A stretch of 64,000 bases of DNA. It comes from Candidatus Binatia bacterium (GTDB lineage: Bacteria > Desulfobacterota > Binatia > DP-6). Positions within the stretch are counted from its first letter, which is position 1, and each line of letters starts with the position of its first letter. The stretch is from contig JBGQET010000004.1 of the NCBI GenBank assembly GCA_041496545.1, positions 19,293 through 83,292 of the forward strand. Direction: 5' to 3'. The notes under the pieces are model-generated. The model was not told where the DNA came from, did no database searches, and saw only the letters and a list, made by a program, of their open reading frames with translations. A program made the translations under genes and the position numbers. This document shows positions 48,745-57,969 of this stretch, one piece after another.

Positions 48745-50085
48745 ATGTACGAGTTCGTGGAATCGCACGTTCGACGCCTGGTGGCCGAGCATCTCGGGGT
48801 ACGGGGCGAGGATCTCTTGTCCGGGATCTCCCTGCGTGAGGACCTGGCCGCCGATTCGCTCGATCTCGTCGAGCTGGCGATGGCACTCGAAGCGGAGTTC
48901 GCGATCGTGGTGCCGGAGCGCATCCTCGATGGCGTGCGGACCTACGGCGATCTCGTCCATGCCACCGGCGTCCTCCTCCGCGCGCGGTGCGTGGCGGAGA
49001 CGCGCGGGGCGGAGCCGCCGTCTCGAATCCAGACACGCATCGTGTCCGCGGCCGGCGAGTCGGGCGGCACGTTCGAACGGACCTGCTGGCTCACCGCGTA
49101 CGCGGCCGAGACGATCGCCGACGACACGATGCGGGCAGGTCGTGGTGCGCGGCTCGACGTCACGGTCGCGGCGGGCACCACGGCGGGCCTGGCTCGCGTG
49201 CGGCACCAGTTCTCCCAGCTCGAGGAGCGCGGTGTCCAGGTGACCGTCCGGCACGACGAACGGCCCGCTCTGCCGCCCGTCCATTCGACCGCGGACCGCG
49301 TCGCCGAGCGGTGCCAGGTCGCGGCCGCCGGCAGAGACCCCGCCTTGACCCATCGGCTGCTCGACGAGCTGACCGGCGCGCACACGACCGTCAGGGTCAC
49401 CGACTACGTCGGCGACGACCCGTGGCAAGCGGAGGACCTCATCGGGTGCATCGACGAGGAAGCCAAACGCTTCGGAGACGGCACGCCGACGGAGCAGGCG
49501 CAGGCGCTGAGTGGCAGCGGACCCTGCCACTTCGTGGAGGCTGATCCTGCGGGTGGTGGCTATCGGGCCACCACGGAAGAGCACCACGTCCACGCGCAAT
49601 TCGACCAGCCCGCCGGTGACGAGCTCATCGGCAAGGACCCGACGCGCCTGGTGACCGGGCCTGGCGTCGCCGGGAGCTCGCGATACTTCCGGACCGACCT
49701 CTGCACCGTGGTCGGGGTGAAGGGCGAGCGCCTCACCTCGCGGGAAGCGACGTGCTACTCGAAGGACCGGGAAGGACGGGCCTTCGACGTCGCGAGCTCG
49801 GCGACGCGGCTCGCTCCGGCGGGAGCCAGCGCGGGCCGCCAGCGGGGGCTTCGGGCCACGTTCGATCTGTCCGCCCCGTCACCGAACGGGTTCCGGCCGC
49901 TCACCGCGGTGCTCCACGGGGCTGCCGAGGGCAGCGCCTGCACGCTGCTCATTCAGGTGTCCGCGCAGGTCGCGGGGACCGAGCGCGTGGCGCAGGTCAC
50001 GGTGCGGCGGGGTGCGGAGTCCACGATGGACGTGCGGCTCCTGCCCGTCGCGGCCGCCGCGGCGAGGTTCGTCGCGTCCCCGTGA
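48745..50085 (+). CDS. acyl-carrier-protein domain fused to a ~360-aa uncharacterised C-terminal domain
   Basis: GGGGAGA RBS before ATG 48745. N-terminal PP-binding domain with phosphopantetheine-attachment context LREDLAADSLDLVELAMALEAEF. The rest has uniformly high GC3 but no motif I can recognise. Confidence 0.65.
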   Translation: MYEFVESHVRRLVAEHLGVRGEDLLSGISLREDLAADSLDLVELAMALEAEFAIVVPERILDGVRTYGDLVHATGVLLRARCVAETRGAEPPSRIQTRIVSAAGESGGTFERTCWLTAYAAETIADDTMRAGRGARLDVTVAAGTTAGLARVRHQFSQLEERGVQVTVRHDERPALPPVHSTADRVAERCQVAAAGRDPALTHRLLDELTGAHTTVRVTDYVGDDPWQAEDLIGCIDEEAKRFGDGTPTEQAQALSGSGPCHFVEADPAGGGYRATTEEHHVHAQFDQPAGDELIGKDPTRLVTGPGVAGSSRYFRTDLCTVVGVKGERLTSREATCYSKDREGRAFDVASSATRLAPAGASAGRQRGLRATFDLSAPSPNGFRPLTAVLHGAAEGSACTLLIQVSAQVAGTERVAQVTVRRGAESTMDVRLLPVAAAAARFVASP

Positions 50086-50101
50086 CCGTCGCGGCGACTG
50101 C

Positions 50102-51112
50102 TCAGTGGATCGAGGCGATCTTGGCCAGGATCTTCCCGTCCACGCTGCCGAAGAGCTCGTTGCGGGAGAGAAAGAGCCGCAGGAAGCCGTTCATCACCTC
50201 GAGCTGGCTCTTGTACTCGGCGAGCGCCGCGCGCTTCGCCGCCAGCTCGGTGGGGCTCAAGTCGGTCTCGCGCCAGACGGTGAAGGGGACGCTCGCGACC
50301 GGATACGCGTAGTCGAAGGTCGGACCGCGCAGGGCCGGCCACGACGGGTAGTGGACGAGGTAGGTGAGCACGACCATGTCCTTCGGGAGGACGCCGCGCT
50401 CCTCGAGCGTGCTCATCGCCTCGGTGACGAAGTAGCTCGTGTGCAGGTGATCCGAGTGGCTGTCGTAGGGATGCGGCATCACGACGACGTTCGGCCGGAA
50501 GTCGCGTAAGAGGTGGGTGATGACGGAGGTGAGGTCCTGGCCGTCGTACTCGGCGTCGGTGTCGACCGTGCCCTCGTAGGGCACGCTGTCCTCCTTGGTG
50601 TACGGCGAGGTGTAGGGGCGGGCGCGCGACCAGTGCGCCGCCCACAGCTCGGCGAGGCCGCCGTCGGGGAAGCCGAGGAAGCGGACGTCGGGCTTCCCGA
50701 CGCCGAGGTGGCGGGCGGCGGCGAGCGCTTCGCGTTGTCGCAGCTCGCCGAGGGCGAGGTAGTCCTCGTCGGTGGGCTTGGTCAGGTGGAAGTCGCCCTT
50801 CACGGCCTCGGGGTAGCCGTCGCCGTTGGTGACGAAGACGATCTCCACGGGGACCTTGGCGTGCGCGAGGCGGTGGATGAGCCCGCCGACGGCGATCGTC
50901 TCGTCGTCAGGGTGCGGGGAGAAGACGACGACGCGTGGCTTCTGGGGGAGGCCGACCGGGCGGACGAGCGGCGTTGCGGGCGCGCCGGGTGCGGCGGATG
51001 CGGCCACCGGCACGACGACCGTCACCGGGCGCACGCGCGCGCGGAGCCCGATCGCCGCCACCACGGCGAGCACCGCCGTCGCCACCACCACGGCCCTGGC
51101 TGCGTCCTTCAC
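50102..51112 (-). CDS. PIG-L/LmbE family N-acetylglucosaminyl deacetylase with N-terminal membrane anchor
   Basis: VVVFSPHPDDETIAVGG and HPYDSHSDH metal-binding motifs. GTG 51112 gives a TM anchor MKDAARAVVVATAVLAVVAAIGL. The listed upstream extension is junk. Confidence 0.75.
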   Translation of the reverse strand: MKDAARAVVVATAVLAVVAAIGLRARVRPVTVVVPVAASAAPGAPATPLVRPVGLPQKPRVVVFSPHPDDETIAVGGLIHRLAHAKVPVEIVFVTNGDGYPEAVKGDFHLTKPTDEDYLALGELRQREALAAARHLGVGKPDVRFLGFPDGGLAELWAAHWSRARPYTSPYTKEDSVPYEGTVDTDAEYDGQDLTSVITHLLRDFRPNVVVMPHPYDSHSDHLHTSYFVTEAMSTLEERGVLPKDMVVLTYLVHYPSWPALRGPTFDYAYPVASVPFTVWRETDLSPTELAAKRAALAEYKSQLEVMNGFLRLFLSRNELFGSVDGKILAKIASIH

Positions 51113-51114
51113 GG

Positions 51115-52260
51115 TCAGATCTTGTAGCGCTGGATCAGATTCCGCGCGATGACGAGCCGCTGGATCTCGTTCGTGCCCTCGCCGATGATCATGAGCGGGG
51201 CGTCGCGGTAGTAGCGCTCCACCTTGAATTCCTGGGTATAGCCGTAGCCGCCGAGCACGCGCATCGCCTCGAGCGCGACCTCCTGGCAAGTCTCCGAGGC
51301 GAAGAGCTTCGCCATCCCGGCTTCGATGTCGCAGCGCTCCCCGCGGTCCTTCATGGCCGCCGCGTTACGAACCAGGAGCCGCGCGGCCTCGATCTTGGTG
51401 GCCATGTCGGCGAGCTTGAGCTGGATGGCCTGGTGCTCGCAGATGGGCTTGCCGAAGGTCGTCCGCTGCTGCGAATAGCGGATGGCGTCCTCGAAGGCGG
51501 CCCGCGCGACGCCGACGGCGCGCGCGGCGATGTTGATGCGGCCGACCTCGAGCCCCGACATCGCATACTGGAAACCGCGCCCCTCTTCGCCGATCAGGCT
51601 CGCGGCCGGGATGCGGAAGTCCTCGAACACGACCTCGCAGGTCTCGATCCCCTTGTAGCCGAGCTTGTGGATGTCGCGGGAGACGGTGACGCCGGGTCCC
51701 TTCTCGGCGACGAAGAGGCTGATCCCCCGGTGCGGCGGGTCGGTCTTCGGATCGGTCTTGGCGACGATCTCGAGCAGCGTGGCGGTGCGCGCGTTGGTGA
51801 TGAACATCTTGGCGCCGTTCACCACGTAGTGGTCGCCGTCGCGCCGGGCCGTCGTCTTGATACGCTGGGCGTCGCTGCCGGCGTGCGGCTCCGTCAGGCA
51901 GAAGGCGCCGCGATGCTCGCCCCGCGCCATCGCCGGGAGCCACCGCGTCTTCTGTTCGGGGCTGCCGAAGTGGACGAGCGCGTAAGCGAGCATGAGATGC
52001 GTATTGAGGACGCCGGAGAGGCTCATCCAGCCGCGGCAGAGTTCCTCCACCACGCGCGCGTAGGTGCTGTAGTCGAGGCCGAGGCCGCCATACTCCTCCG
52101 GGATGATGGCGCCGAAGAGGCCGAGCTGCTTCATGCGCTCGACGAGCGGCCCGGGGTAGGCGTCGGCGTGCTCGAACTCGCTGGCCGTGGGCAGCACCTC
52201 GCGCTCGACGAAGCGGCGCACGGTTTCGATGATCTGCGCGAGCTCTGGGCGTTCCTCCAC
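51115..52260 (-). CDS. acyl-CoA dehydrogenase family protein
   Basis: ACAD N, middle and C domains (CLTEPHAGSDA, YVVNGAKMFITN, GGYGYTQEFKVERYYRDA). GTG start 52260 with AGGGGGA RBS. Confidence 0.85.
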   Translation of the reverse strand: MEERPELAQIIETVRRFVEREVLPTASEFEHADAYPGPLVERMKQLGLFGAIIPEEYGGLGLDYSTYARVVEELCRGWMSLSGVLNTHLMLAYALVHFGSPEQKTRWLPAMARGEHRGAFCLTEPHAGSDAQRIKTTARRDGDHYVVNGAKMFITNARTATLLEIVAKTDPKTDPPHRGISLFVAEKGPGVTVSRDIHKLGYKGIETCEVVFEDFRIPAASLIGEEGRGFQYAMSGLEVGRINIAARAVGVARAAFEDAIRYSQQRTTFGKPICEHQAIQLKLADMATKIEAARLLVRNAAAMKDRGERCDIEAGMAKLFASETCQEVALEAMRVLGGYGYTQEFKVERYYRDAPLMIIGEGTNEIQRLVIARNLIQRYKI

Positions 52261-52329
52261 GGACCGATTCCCCCTGACCGTTGGCGAACTTCACCATGTT
52301 TGCATAAGTACTTCAACCGAACGGTCGCC
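52261..52329. promoter_or_regulatory. divergent intergenic region between acyl-CoA dehydrogenase and the 7TM-transglutaminase/ATP-grasp pair
   Basis: 69-bp AT-richer gap (TTGCATAAGTACTTCAACCGAACGG) between divergent starts. Confidence 0.25.
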
Positions 52330-54552
52330 ATGCTGCGTGTCGCGCGTATGCTCGTCGCCATGCTGCTCGCCGGCGCGCTGCCGGCCGCCGCACGCGACCG
52401 TCCCGCGCCGCACCCGAGCGACGAAACCGAGGTCTACACCGGCGGCGAGGACGTCGAGCGCGGGCGCGCGGCGAAGCCGCCGGCGGTCGGCTACTGGCGG
52501 GTGCGCGTGACGCTCCACGTGCCGCCGACGGAGCGCGCGCTCCGCCTGGCGCTCCTCGTCCCGCTCTCCGATGGCCGCCAGGACGTGCTCGCCCGCCGCG
52601 CGAGCGCGCGCGGCTTCGGCTTCCGCGAGACCCAGGCGCCGCCCAACCTCCACGCGGCGTGGACCGGCACCGCGCCCGCGGGCGCGGAGGTCGTCTACGA
52701 CGTCGCGGTGCGGATCGCGGAGACGGGCGGCAGCGTGCCGGCCGTGCTGCTGGCGACGCTCCCGCCCCCGCCCCCCGGCGAGGCGCCCGCGCCGGCGCCG
52801 TTCATCCAGGCCGCGGACCCGGCGGTCGTCCGTCGCGCGCGCGGCATCGTCGGGAAAGCGAGGCGGCTGGATGAAGTGGTGTGGTCGCTCTACCAGTACA
52901 CGGCGGCGTTCCTCCCCGCCGCCGACCCGCCCGGCCCCCAGGACGCGGCGAGCGTGCTCGCGGCGCGGCGCGGGACGAGCCTCGGCCGCGCCCGCGCGCT
53001 GGTCGCGCTGCTCGGGGCGGCCGGCGTGCCGGCACGGCTCGTCGGCGGGCTCCGGCTGGCGAACACGGCCGAGAAGCGGGCCACCAACTCCTGGGTGGAG
53101 GCGTGGGTCGGCACCGGCTGGGTGCCGCTCGACCCGGCGGGCGGCTTCTTCGGCTGGCTCCCAACCAGCTACCTCGCGCTCTACCGCGGCGACCTGCCGC
53201 TCATCGTCCACACCCGCGGCGTCGAGGTCGCGTACGCGTTCGCGATCCGGCAGACGACCCGCCGCGCCGTCGAGGAGGCGGAGGACGAGGAGGGCGTGCG
53301 GCTCGAGGCCGGCCGGCGTCCCGTCGTGCGCGGGCCCGGCCGCCACCGCGTCGAGACGCACACCGCGTACGTGAGCGAGCCCGTCGCCTCGGTCGTGCTG
53401 ATCGCCGACCAGAGCGTGCCCGAGGCGGTGACCGACCGCATCCTCGAGGAGGCGCGGGCGGCGGCCATCGACTGCGTGCTGCTGACGGCGCGCTTCGAGT
53501 CGCGCTACTTCCGCGAGTCGTACCTGAGCGCGCTCGTCGCCGCCAACCTGACGCTCATCCGCCAGGCGAACCTGGTCCTGGTCGCGACGGCGGACGACGC
53601 CGGCCTCTACGCGCTCATCGGGCTCGGCGAGCGCGGCATCCGCATGGAGGACAGCCGGATCGTCATCGCCGGCGCGATGAGCGAGCCGGCGGCGCTCATG
53701 CTGGGCTCGCTCCTCTTCCACCTGATCGAGCCGGGTGAGGTCGTGGTGGTGCCGCACCAGGCGGACCTGCTGCCGCTCTGGGAGATGAGCCGCGCCAACC
53801 TGATCGACGGCACGCCGATGGCCGACGAGGCGGGCCGCTGGGGCATCGCGCCGGTCGTCCTCGGCGAAGCGGGCACGACGCTCCCGCGCTGGCGCCGCCC
53901 GCTCATGCACGCGTGGGCGCGCGTGGTGCGCGCGCAGGTGCCGCTCGGCGCGCTCACGCTGATCCTCATCCTGCCGGTCATCGCCTCGATCGTGGTCGTG
54001 GCCCGGGTCGTGGTCGGCATCGAGACGTTCGGCATGTTCGGGCCCGTCATCGTGTCGCTCGCCTTCATCACCACCGGCCTCTGGTGGGGGACGTTCATCT
54101 TCCTCGCCATCGTCGGCCTCGGCGTGACGCTCCGCGCGGCTCTCCTCCGGCTCCGCCTCCAGGCCGTGTCGCGGCTCGCCATCCTGATCGCGCTGGTCGC
54201 GGCGGTGATGGGCGGGCTCACGCTGGTCGGCGCGACGCTCGGCATCGGGCCGCTCCTCAACATCAGCATCTTCCCGATGGTGATCATGTCGAACGTGATC
54301 GAGAACTTCGCCGCGTCGCAGGTGGAGCTCGGCACCCGGAAGGCGCTCGCCATGACGCTCACCACGCTCCTCCTCTCGATCACGTGCTACCTCGTGGTCG
54401 ACCGCGGCGGCCTCCAGTCGCTGGTGCTGGCGTACCCCGAGATCCTGCTCGGCGTCGTCGCCTTCGACGTCCTGCTCGGCAAATGGCGCGGGCTCCGCGT
54501 GGCGGAGTACGTCCGCTTCTACCGCGCGGTGCCGGAGCCGCCGGCGTCGTGA
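52330..54552 (+). CDS. inactive transglutaminase-like domain fused to a 7-TM region (7TM_transglut architecture)
   Basis: Signal peptide, then a transglutaminase-like core in which the catalytic Cys/His positions appear substituted (RRGTSLGRARALVALLGAAGVPARLVGG ... NSWVEAWVGTGWVPLDPAGG). About seven hydrophobic helices at the C-terminus. Confidence 0.75.
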   Translation: MLRVARMLVAMLLAGALPAAARDRPAPHPSDETEVYTGGEDVERGRAAKPPAVGYWRVRVTLHVPPTERALRLALLVPLSDGRQDVLARRASARGFGFRETQAPPNLHAAWTGTAPAGAEVVYDVAVRIAETGGSVPAVLLATLPPPPPGEAPAPAPFIQAADPAVVRRARGIVGKARRLDEVVWSLYQYTAAFLPAADPPGPQDAASVLAARRGTSLGRARALVALLGAAGVPARLVGGLRLANTAEKRATNSWVEAWVGTGWVPLDPAGGFFGWLPTSYLALYRGDLPLIVHTRGVEVAYAFAIRQTTRRAVEEAEDEEGVRLEAGRRPVVRGPGRHRVETHTAYVSEPVASVVLIADQSVPEAVTDRILEEARAAAIDCVLLTARFESRYFRESYLSALVAANLTLIRQANLVLVATADDAGLYALIGLGERGIRMEDSRIVIAGAMSEPAALMLGSLLFHLIEPGEVVVVPHQADLLPLWEMSRANLIDGTPMADEAGRWGIAPVVLGEAGTTLPRWRRPLMHAWARVVRAQVPLGALTLILILPVIASIVVVARVVVGIETFGMFGPVIVSLAFITTGLWWGTFIFLAIVGLGVTLRAALLRLRLQAVSRLAILIALVAAVMGGLTLVGATLGIGPLLNISIFPMVIMSNVIENFAASQVELGTRKALAMTLTTLLLSITCYLVVDRGGLQSLVLAYPEILLGVVAFDVLLGKWRGLRVAEYVRFYRAVPEPPAS

Positions 54553-55529
54553 TCGCCCGGCTCCGGCGGCTCCGGGCGGAGGTGCTCGGCCTCAACCGCC
54601 GCAACCACGCCTATCTCTTCGCGTACAACGTCCGCGACCGCCACCGCCTCGTCGACGACAAGCTCGCCACCAAACGGACCCTGGCGGCCGGCGACGTGCC
54701 GACGCCGGCGCTGCACGATGTCTGCACCGCACCGTGGCAGGTGCGCGCCCTCGGCGGGCGGCTCGCCGAAGCGACCGACTTCGTGCTCAAGCCCGCGCGC
54801 GGCGCGGGCGGGGCGGGGATCGTGGTCGTCGTCGGACGGGACGGCGAGCGCTTCGTCAAGGCGAGCGGCGTCGTGCTCGGGCGGCGCGATCTCGAAGCGC
54901 ACGCCTACGACGTCGTCGGGGGCGCGTACTCGGTCGGCGGGCGCGAGGACGCGCTGCTGGTCGAGGAGCGCGTCGTGCCCGACGCCGTGCTGGGCGCGCT
55001 CGCCTATCGCGGCGTGCCGGACGTCCGCGTCCTCGTCTTCCGCGGCGTGCCGGTGCTCGGCATGCTGCGCTTGCCGACCCGCCGCTCCGACGGGCGGGCG
55101 AACCTCCACCTCGGCGGGGTCGGGGTGGGCGTCGAGCTGGCGAGCGGGCGGACGACGTTCGCCGTCGCCGGCGGCCGGCCCGTCGGCGCGCACCCGGACC
55201 TCGGCACGGCGCTGGGCGGGCTCGTCGTGCCCGCCTGGGACGAGATGCTGACCCTCGCCGTGCGCGCCGCCGACGCGGTCGGCCTCGGCTTCGTCGGCGT
55301 CGACGTGGTGCTCGACGCGCGCCGCGGGCCGCTCGTGCTCGAGCTGAACGCGCGGCCGGGGCTCACCATCCAGCTCGCGAACCGCCGCGGGCTGCGTCCG
55401 CTGCTCGACGCGGTCGCGGCCGCCGGCACGCCGGTGTTGCCGGCGGGGCGGGTGGCCCTGGGGCAGCGCCTCAGCGCGCCGCGCGCGTGTCGCTCTCCGG
55501 CTCCAGCCGGTAGTCGAGCGCCACGATGA
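54549..55529 (+). CDS. RimK-like ATP-grasp ligase (alpha-L-glutamate ligase-related) partnered with the 7TM-transglutaminase gene
   Basis: GTGA overlap with the upstream gene. ATP-grasp motifs FVLKPARGAGGAGIVVV, LLVEERVVPD, DVRVLVFRGVPVLGMLRLPTRRSDGRANLHLGG. Confidence 0.75.
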   Translation: MIARLRRLRAEVLGLNRRNHAYLFAYNVRDRHRLVDDKLATKRTLAAGDVPTPALHDVCTAPWQVRALGGRLAEATDFVLKPARGAGGAGIVVVVGRDGERFVKASGVVLGRRDLEAHAYDVVGGAYSVGGREDALLVEERVVPDAVLGALAYRGVPDVRVLVFRGVPVLGMLRLPTRRSDGRANLHLGGVGVGVELASGRTTFAVAGGRPVGAHPDLGTALGGLVVPAWDEMLTLAVRAADAVGLGFVGVDVVLDARRGPLVLELNARPGLTIQLANRRGLRPLLDAVAAAGTPVLPAGRVALGQRLSAPRACRSPAPAGSRAPR

Positions 55530-57021
55530 GGGGGCGGCCTTCGCGGCGCTCGAGGCGCCACTCGGCTTCGCCGCGGATCTCGCCGCTCGCCCCGCTCGGG
55601 GCGCGGTAGTCGATCACGAACGGCGAGCGGACGTCGGCGCGCTCGCCGCGCGGCTCGACCGCGAGGTGCGCGAGCGTGTAGCGGACCTCGTCGAGCGAGC
55701 CGAACTGCGTGCGGTACGTGGACGCGATGCGCTCGCGGTCGCCGCGGCCGTTCTCGACCGCGTCGGCGGCGAAGAGGGCGCGGAGCGCGTCCGCGTCGCG
55801 CGCGTCGAAGGCGGCGCGGAAGGCGTCGATGACGGCGGTGGCCTCGCCGGAGGAGACGGGCCCGTTGCCCACGGGCGCCACGAACGGCGCGATGGGCGTG
55901 GGCGGTGCGGCCGGCCGGGCGGCGACCACGGCGGGCGCGGCGTCGAGGCTGGCGCGCTGGAGCATGAGCCCGCCGAGGACGCCGGCGAGCAGGAGTACGG
56001 CGCCGATCATGGCGGGGACGCTGAAGGTGCGGGCGGGCGGGGCGGGCGTCTCCGCGGCCGGCGCTGCGGGTGCCGTGACAGCCGGCGGCTCGGGCGCGGG
56101 CTCGACCCGGGCCGGCGACTCGAGCGCCGCCGGGGCGACGACCTCCGCGGCGGGCGCGGGCGCCGGCTCCGCCGGGGCGAGCGCGGCGGGCGCGGCCTCG
56201 GCCGGGCGCGGCGGCAGGTGCGGCGCGAAGTCGCGCCACACCTCGTCGACGACCTCGGGCGTCACCTGGCGCTTCTCGGTGACGAAGGCATTCAGGAGGG
56301 CGGCGTCGCAGACGACGTTGATCAGGCGCGGAATGCCCTGGCTCACCGCCGCGATGCGCGCCAGCGCGGCGGCGGAGAAGAGGTGCGGGTCGGTGCCGCC
56401 GACGCGCTCCACCCGGGTGCGCACGTAGGCTGCGACGTCCTCGGGCCCGAGCGTGCGGATGCGGATCGGCAGCGTGACCCGCTGTCTCAACTGGCGGAGC
56501 CGCGGGTCGGAGAGCTTCTCCTCCAGCTCGGGCTGCCCGGCGAGGACGATCTGGAGGATCTTCTCGCGCGCGGTCTCGAGGTTCGAGAGCAGGCGCAGCT
56601 CCTCGAGCACGTCGATGGCGAGGTCCTGCGCTTCGTCGATCAGCAGCGCGACGTTACCGCCGGCGCGCGTGTGCTCGAGCAGGAACTCGTTCAGACGCTG
56701 GAGAAGGGCGAGCTTGCGGCCGCCGTCGCTCGGGATGCCGAGCTCGGCGAGGATGTGCTCGAGGATCTCGTCGAAGCCGACGGTGGGGTTGAGCAGCAGG
56801 ACGGTGCGCGTGCTGGGCGCGACGGTGTCGAGCAGGCGGCGCAGCAGCGTCGTCTTCCCGGTGCCGGCCTCGCCGATCACCGAGATGAAACCCTTGCGCG
56901 CGTCGATGCCGTAGGTGAGCGCGGCGAGCGCCTCCTGGTAGCAGCCGTTCAGATAGAGGAAGCGCGGGTCGGGCGTGATGTTGAACGGCAGCTCGCTGAA
57001 GCCGAAGAAGCTCGCGTACAT
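55471..57021 (-). CDS. ExeA/GspA-like AAA ATPase with Pro/Ala-rich linker, TM helix and C-terminal NTF2/SnoaL-like domain
   Basis: ATG 57021. MYASFFGFSELPFNITPDPRFLYL..., Walker A GEAGTGKTT, Walker B LLIDEAQDL. A long APA-rich linker, then TM MIGAVLLLAGVLGGLML. The 3' end overlaps the ATP-grasp gene by about 58 nt (convergent). Confidence 0.7.
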   Translation of the reverse strand: MYASFFGFSELPFNITPDPRFLYLNGCYQEALAALTYGIDARKGFISVIGEAGTGKTTLLRRLLDTVAPSTRTVLLLNPTVGFDEILEHILAELGIPSDGGRKLALLQRLNEFLLEHTRAGGNVALLIDEAQDLAIDVLEELRLLSNLETAREKILQIVLAGQPELEEKLSDPRLRQLRQRVTLPIRIRTLGPEDVAAYVRTRVERVGGTDPHLFSAAALARIAAVSQGIPRLINVVCDAALLNAFVTEKRQVTPEVVDEVWRDFAPHLPPRPAEAAPAALAPAEPAPAPAAEVVAPAALESPARVEPAPEPPAVTAPAAPAAETPAPPARTFSVPAMIGAVLLLAGVLGGLMLQRASLDAAPAVVAARPAAPPTPIAPFVAPVGNGPVSSGEATAVIDAFRAAFDARDADALRALFAADAVENGRGDRERIASTYRTQFGSLDEVRYTLAHLAVEPRGERADVRSPFVIDYRAPSGASGEIRGEAEWRLERREGRPLIVALDYRLEPESDTRAAR

Positions 57022-57165
57022 GACGAAGTCCCAAGCAGGGGAGCAAGGCCTATGCCCGGGGGGGACGTGGCCGCGCCGGCCGTTCCCTCGCACACCCTCG
57101 TGCACGGATGCAAGGTCCCGCCCGAATCGTGCAGGGGGTGGGGGGGGCGGTCGGCTCAGGGGGCG

Positions 57166-57865
57166 GAAAGCATCAGCGACTTCGACGGGAAGGGCGGCGT
57201 GACGTTCTTGTCCATCCCGAAGACGTCGAAGAGCGTCGGCGCGATCGCGGTCTGGAAGGGCGGGACCGTCGTGTCCCCGATGACCCGCGCTTGATTGCTC
57301 GCGAGCCAGACGTTCCGGTTGTCGGTGATGCACGCCTCGTGCTGCGTGTCGCGACGCCGTTCGCCGCGCCGGGTGCGGCCATGAAGTACCAGTCGATCTT
57401 GCCCGCGGCTCTGGCGGTGCTGAGCGGCGTGATGGGCCAGAAGTCGTAGTGCTTGCTCGTGATCATCCCCGTCACGACCTCGGGGTGCGCCGCCTTCACG
57501 CGCTCGAAGAACGTGCGGCCGGGTGGGATCGGATTCGGTGCGGTGTTGTCCTGGTTGGCCTGCGCGGGAAACCCGTAGCCGGTGATGATCGCCGAGTTTG
57601 CCGGGCCCGTCTCCGTGTCGTAACCGTCGCCGCAGCCCGCGGTGCAGAGCGGCGTGTTGATGACGAGGTCGTCCCGCAGGAGTCCGCCGTTCTCGACCAG
57701 GGCGCGCAGGGTAGGGAGGTGCCCGGCGTCGTACGCTTGGCGCATGTGGTGGCGCTGCGTGCCGTCCCAGAGGAAGACGATGGCGCGCGCGGTGGTGGCG
57801 GCGTGTGCCGCGGGTGCTGTGAGCGCGACGACGAGGGCGAGAGCGCGGATCGGGGTGAGCGTCAT
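57166..57865 (-). pseudogene. type I phosphodiesterase/nucleotide pyrophosphatase (NPP, alkaline-phosphatase superfamily) gene with a frameshift
   Basis: Signal peptide plus AIVFLWDGTQRHHM ... ETGPANSAIITGYG (NPP-like). In-frame coding signal is lost near 57350. The conserved C-terminus (...EACITDNRNVWLASNQARVIGDTTVPPFQTAIAPTLFDVFGMDKNV, stop 57166) is in another frame with high GC3. Confidence 0.5.
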
Positions 57866-57969
57866 GCGCGCGAGGCTATGAAAGCGCTCCCGCGCGCGTC
57901 AACGTCGATGCGTGCGCCGGGCGCACCATAGGTACGAGTAGATACGGATAGGTAGCGCGCGCCGGCTGG

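Noticed and set aside
50935-52329. N-terminal 465 codons of ORF 50935..54552
   Set aside because: Antisense to the PIG-L and acyl-CoA dehydrogenase genes, with low GC3. The true 7TM-transglutaminase gene starts at ATG 52330 with a signal peptide.
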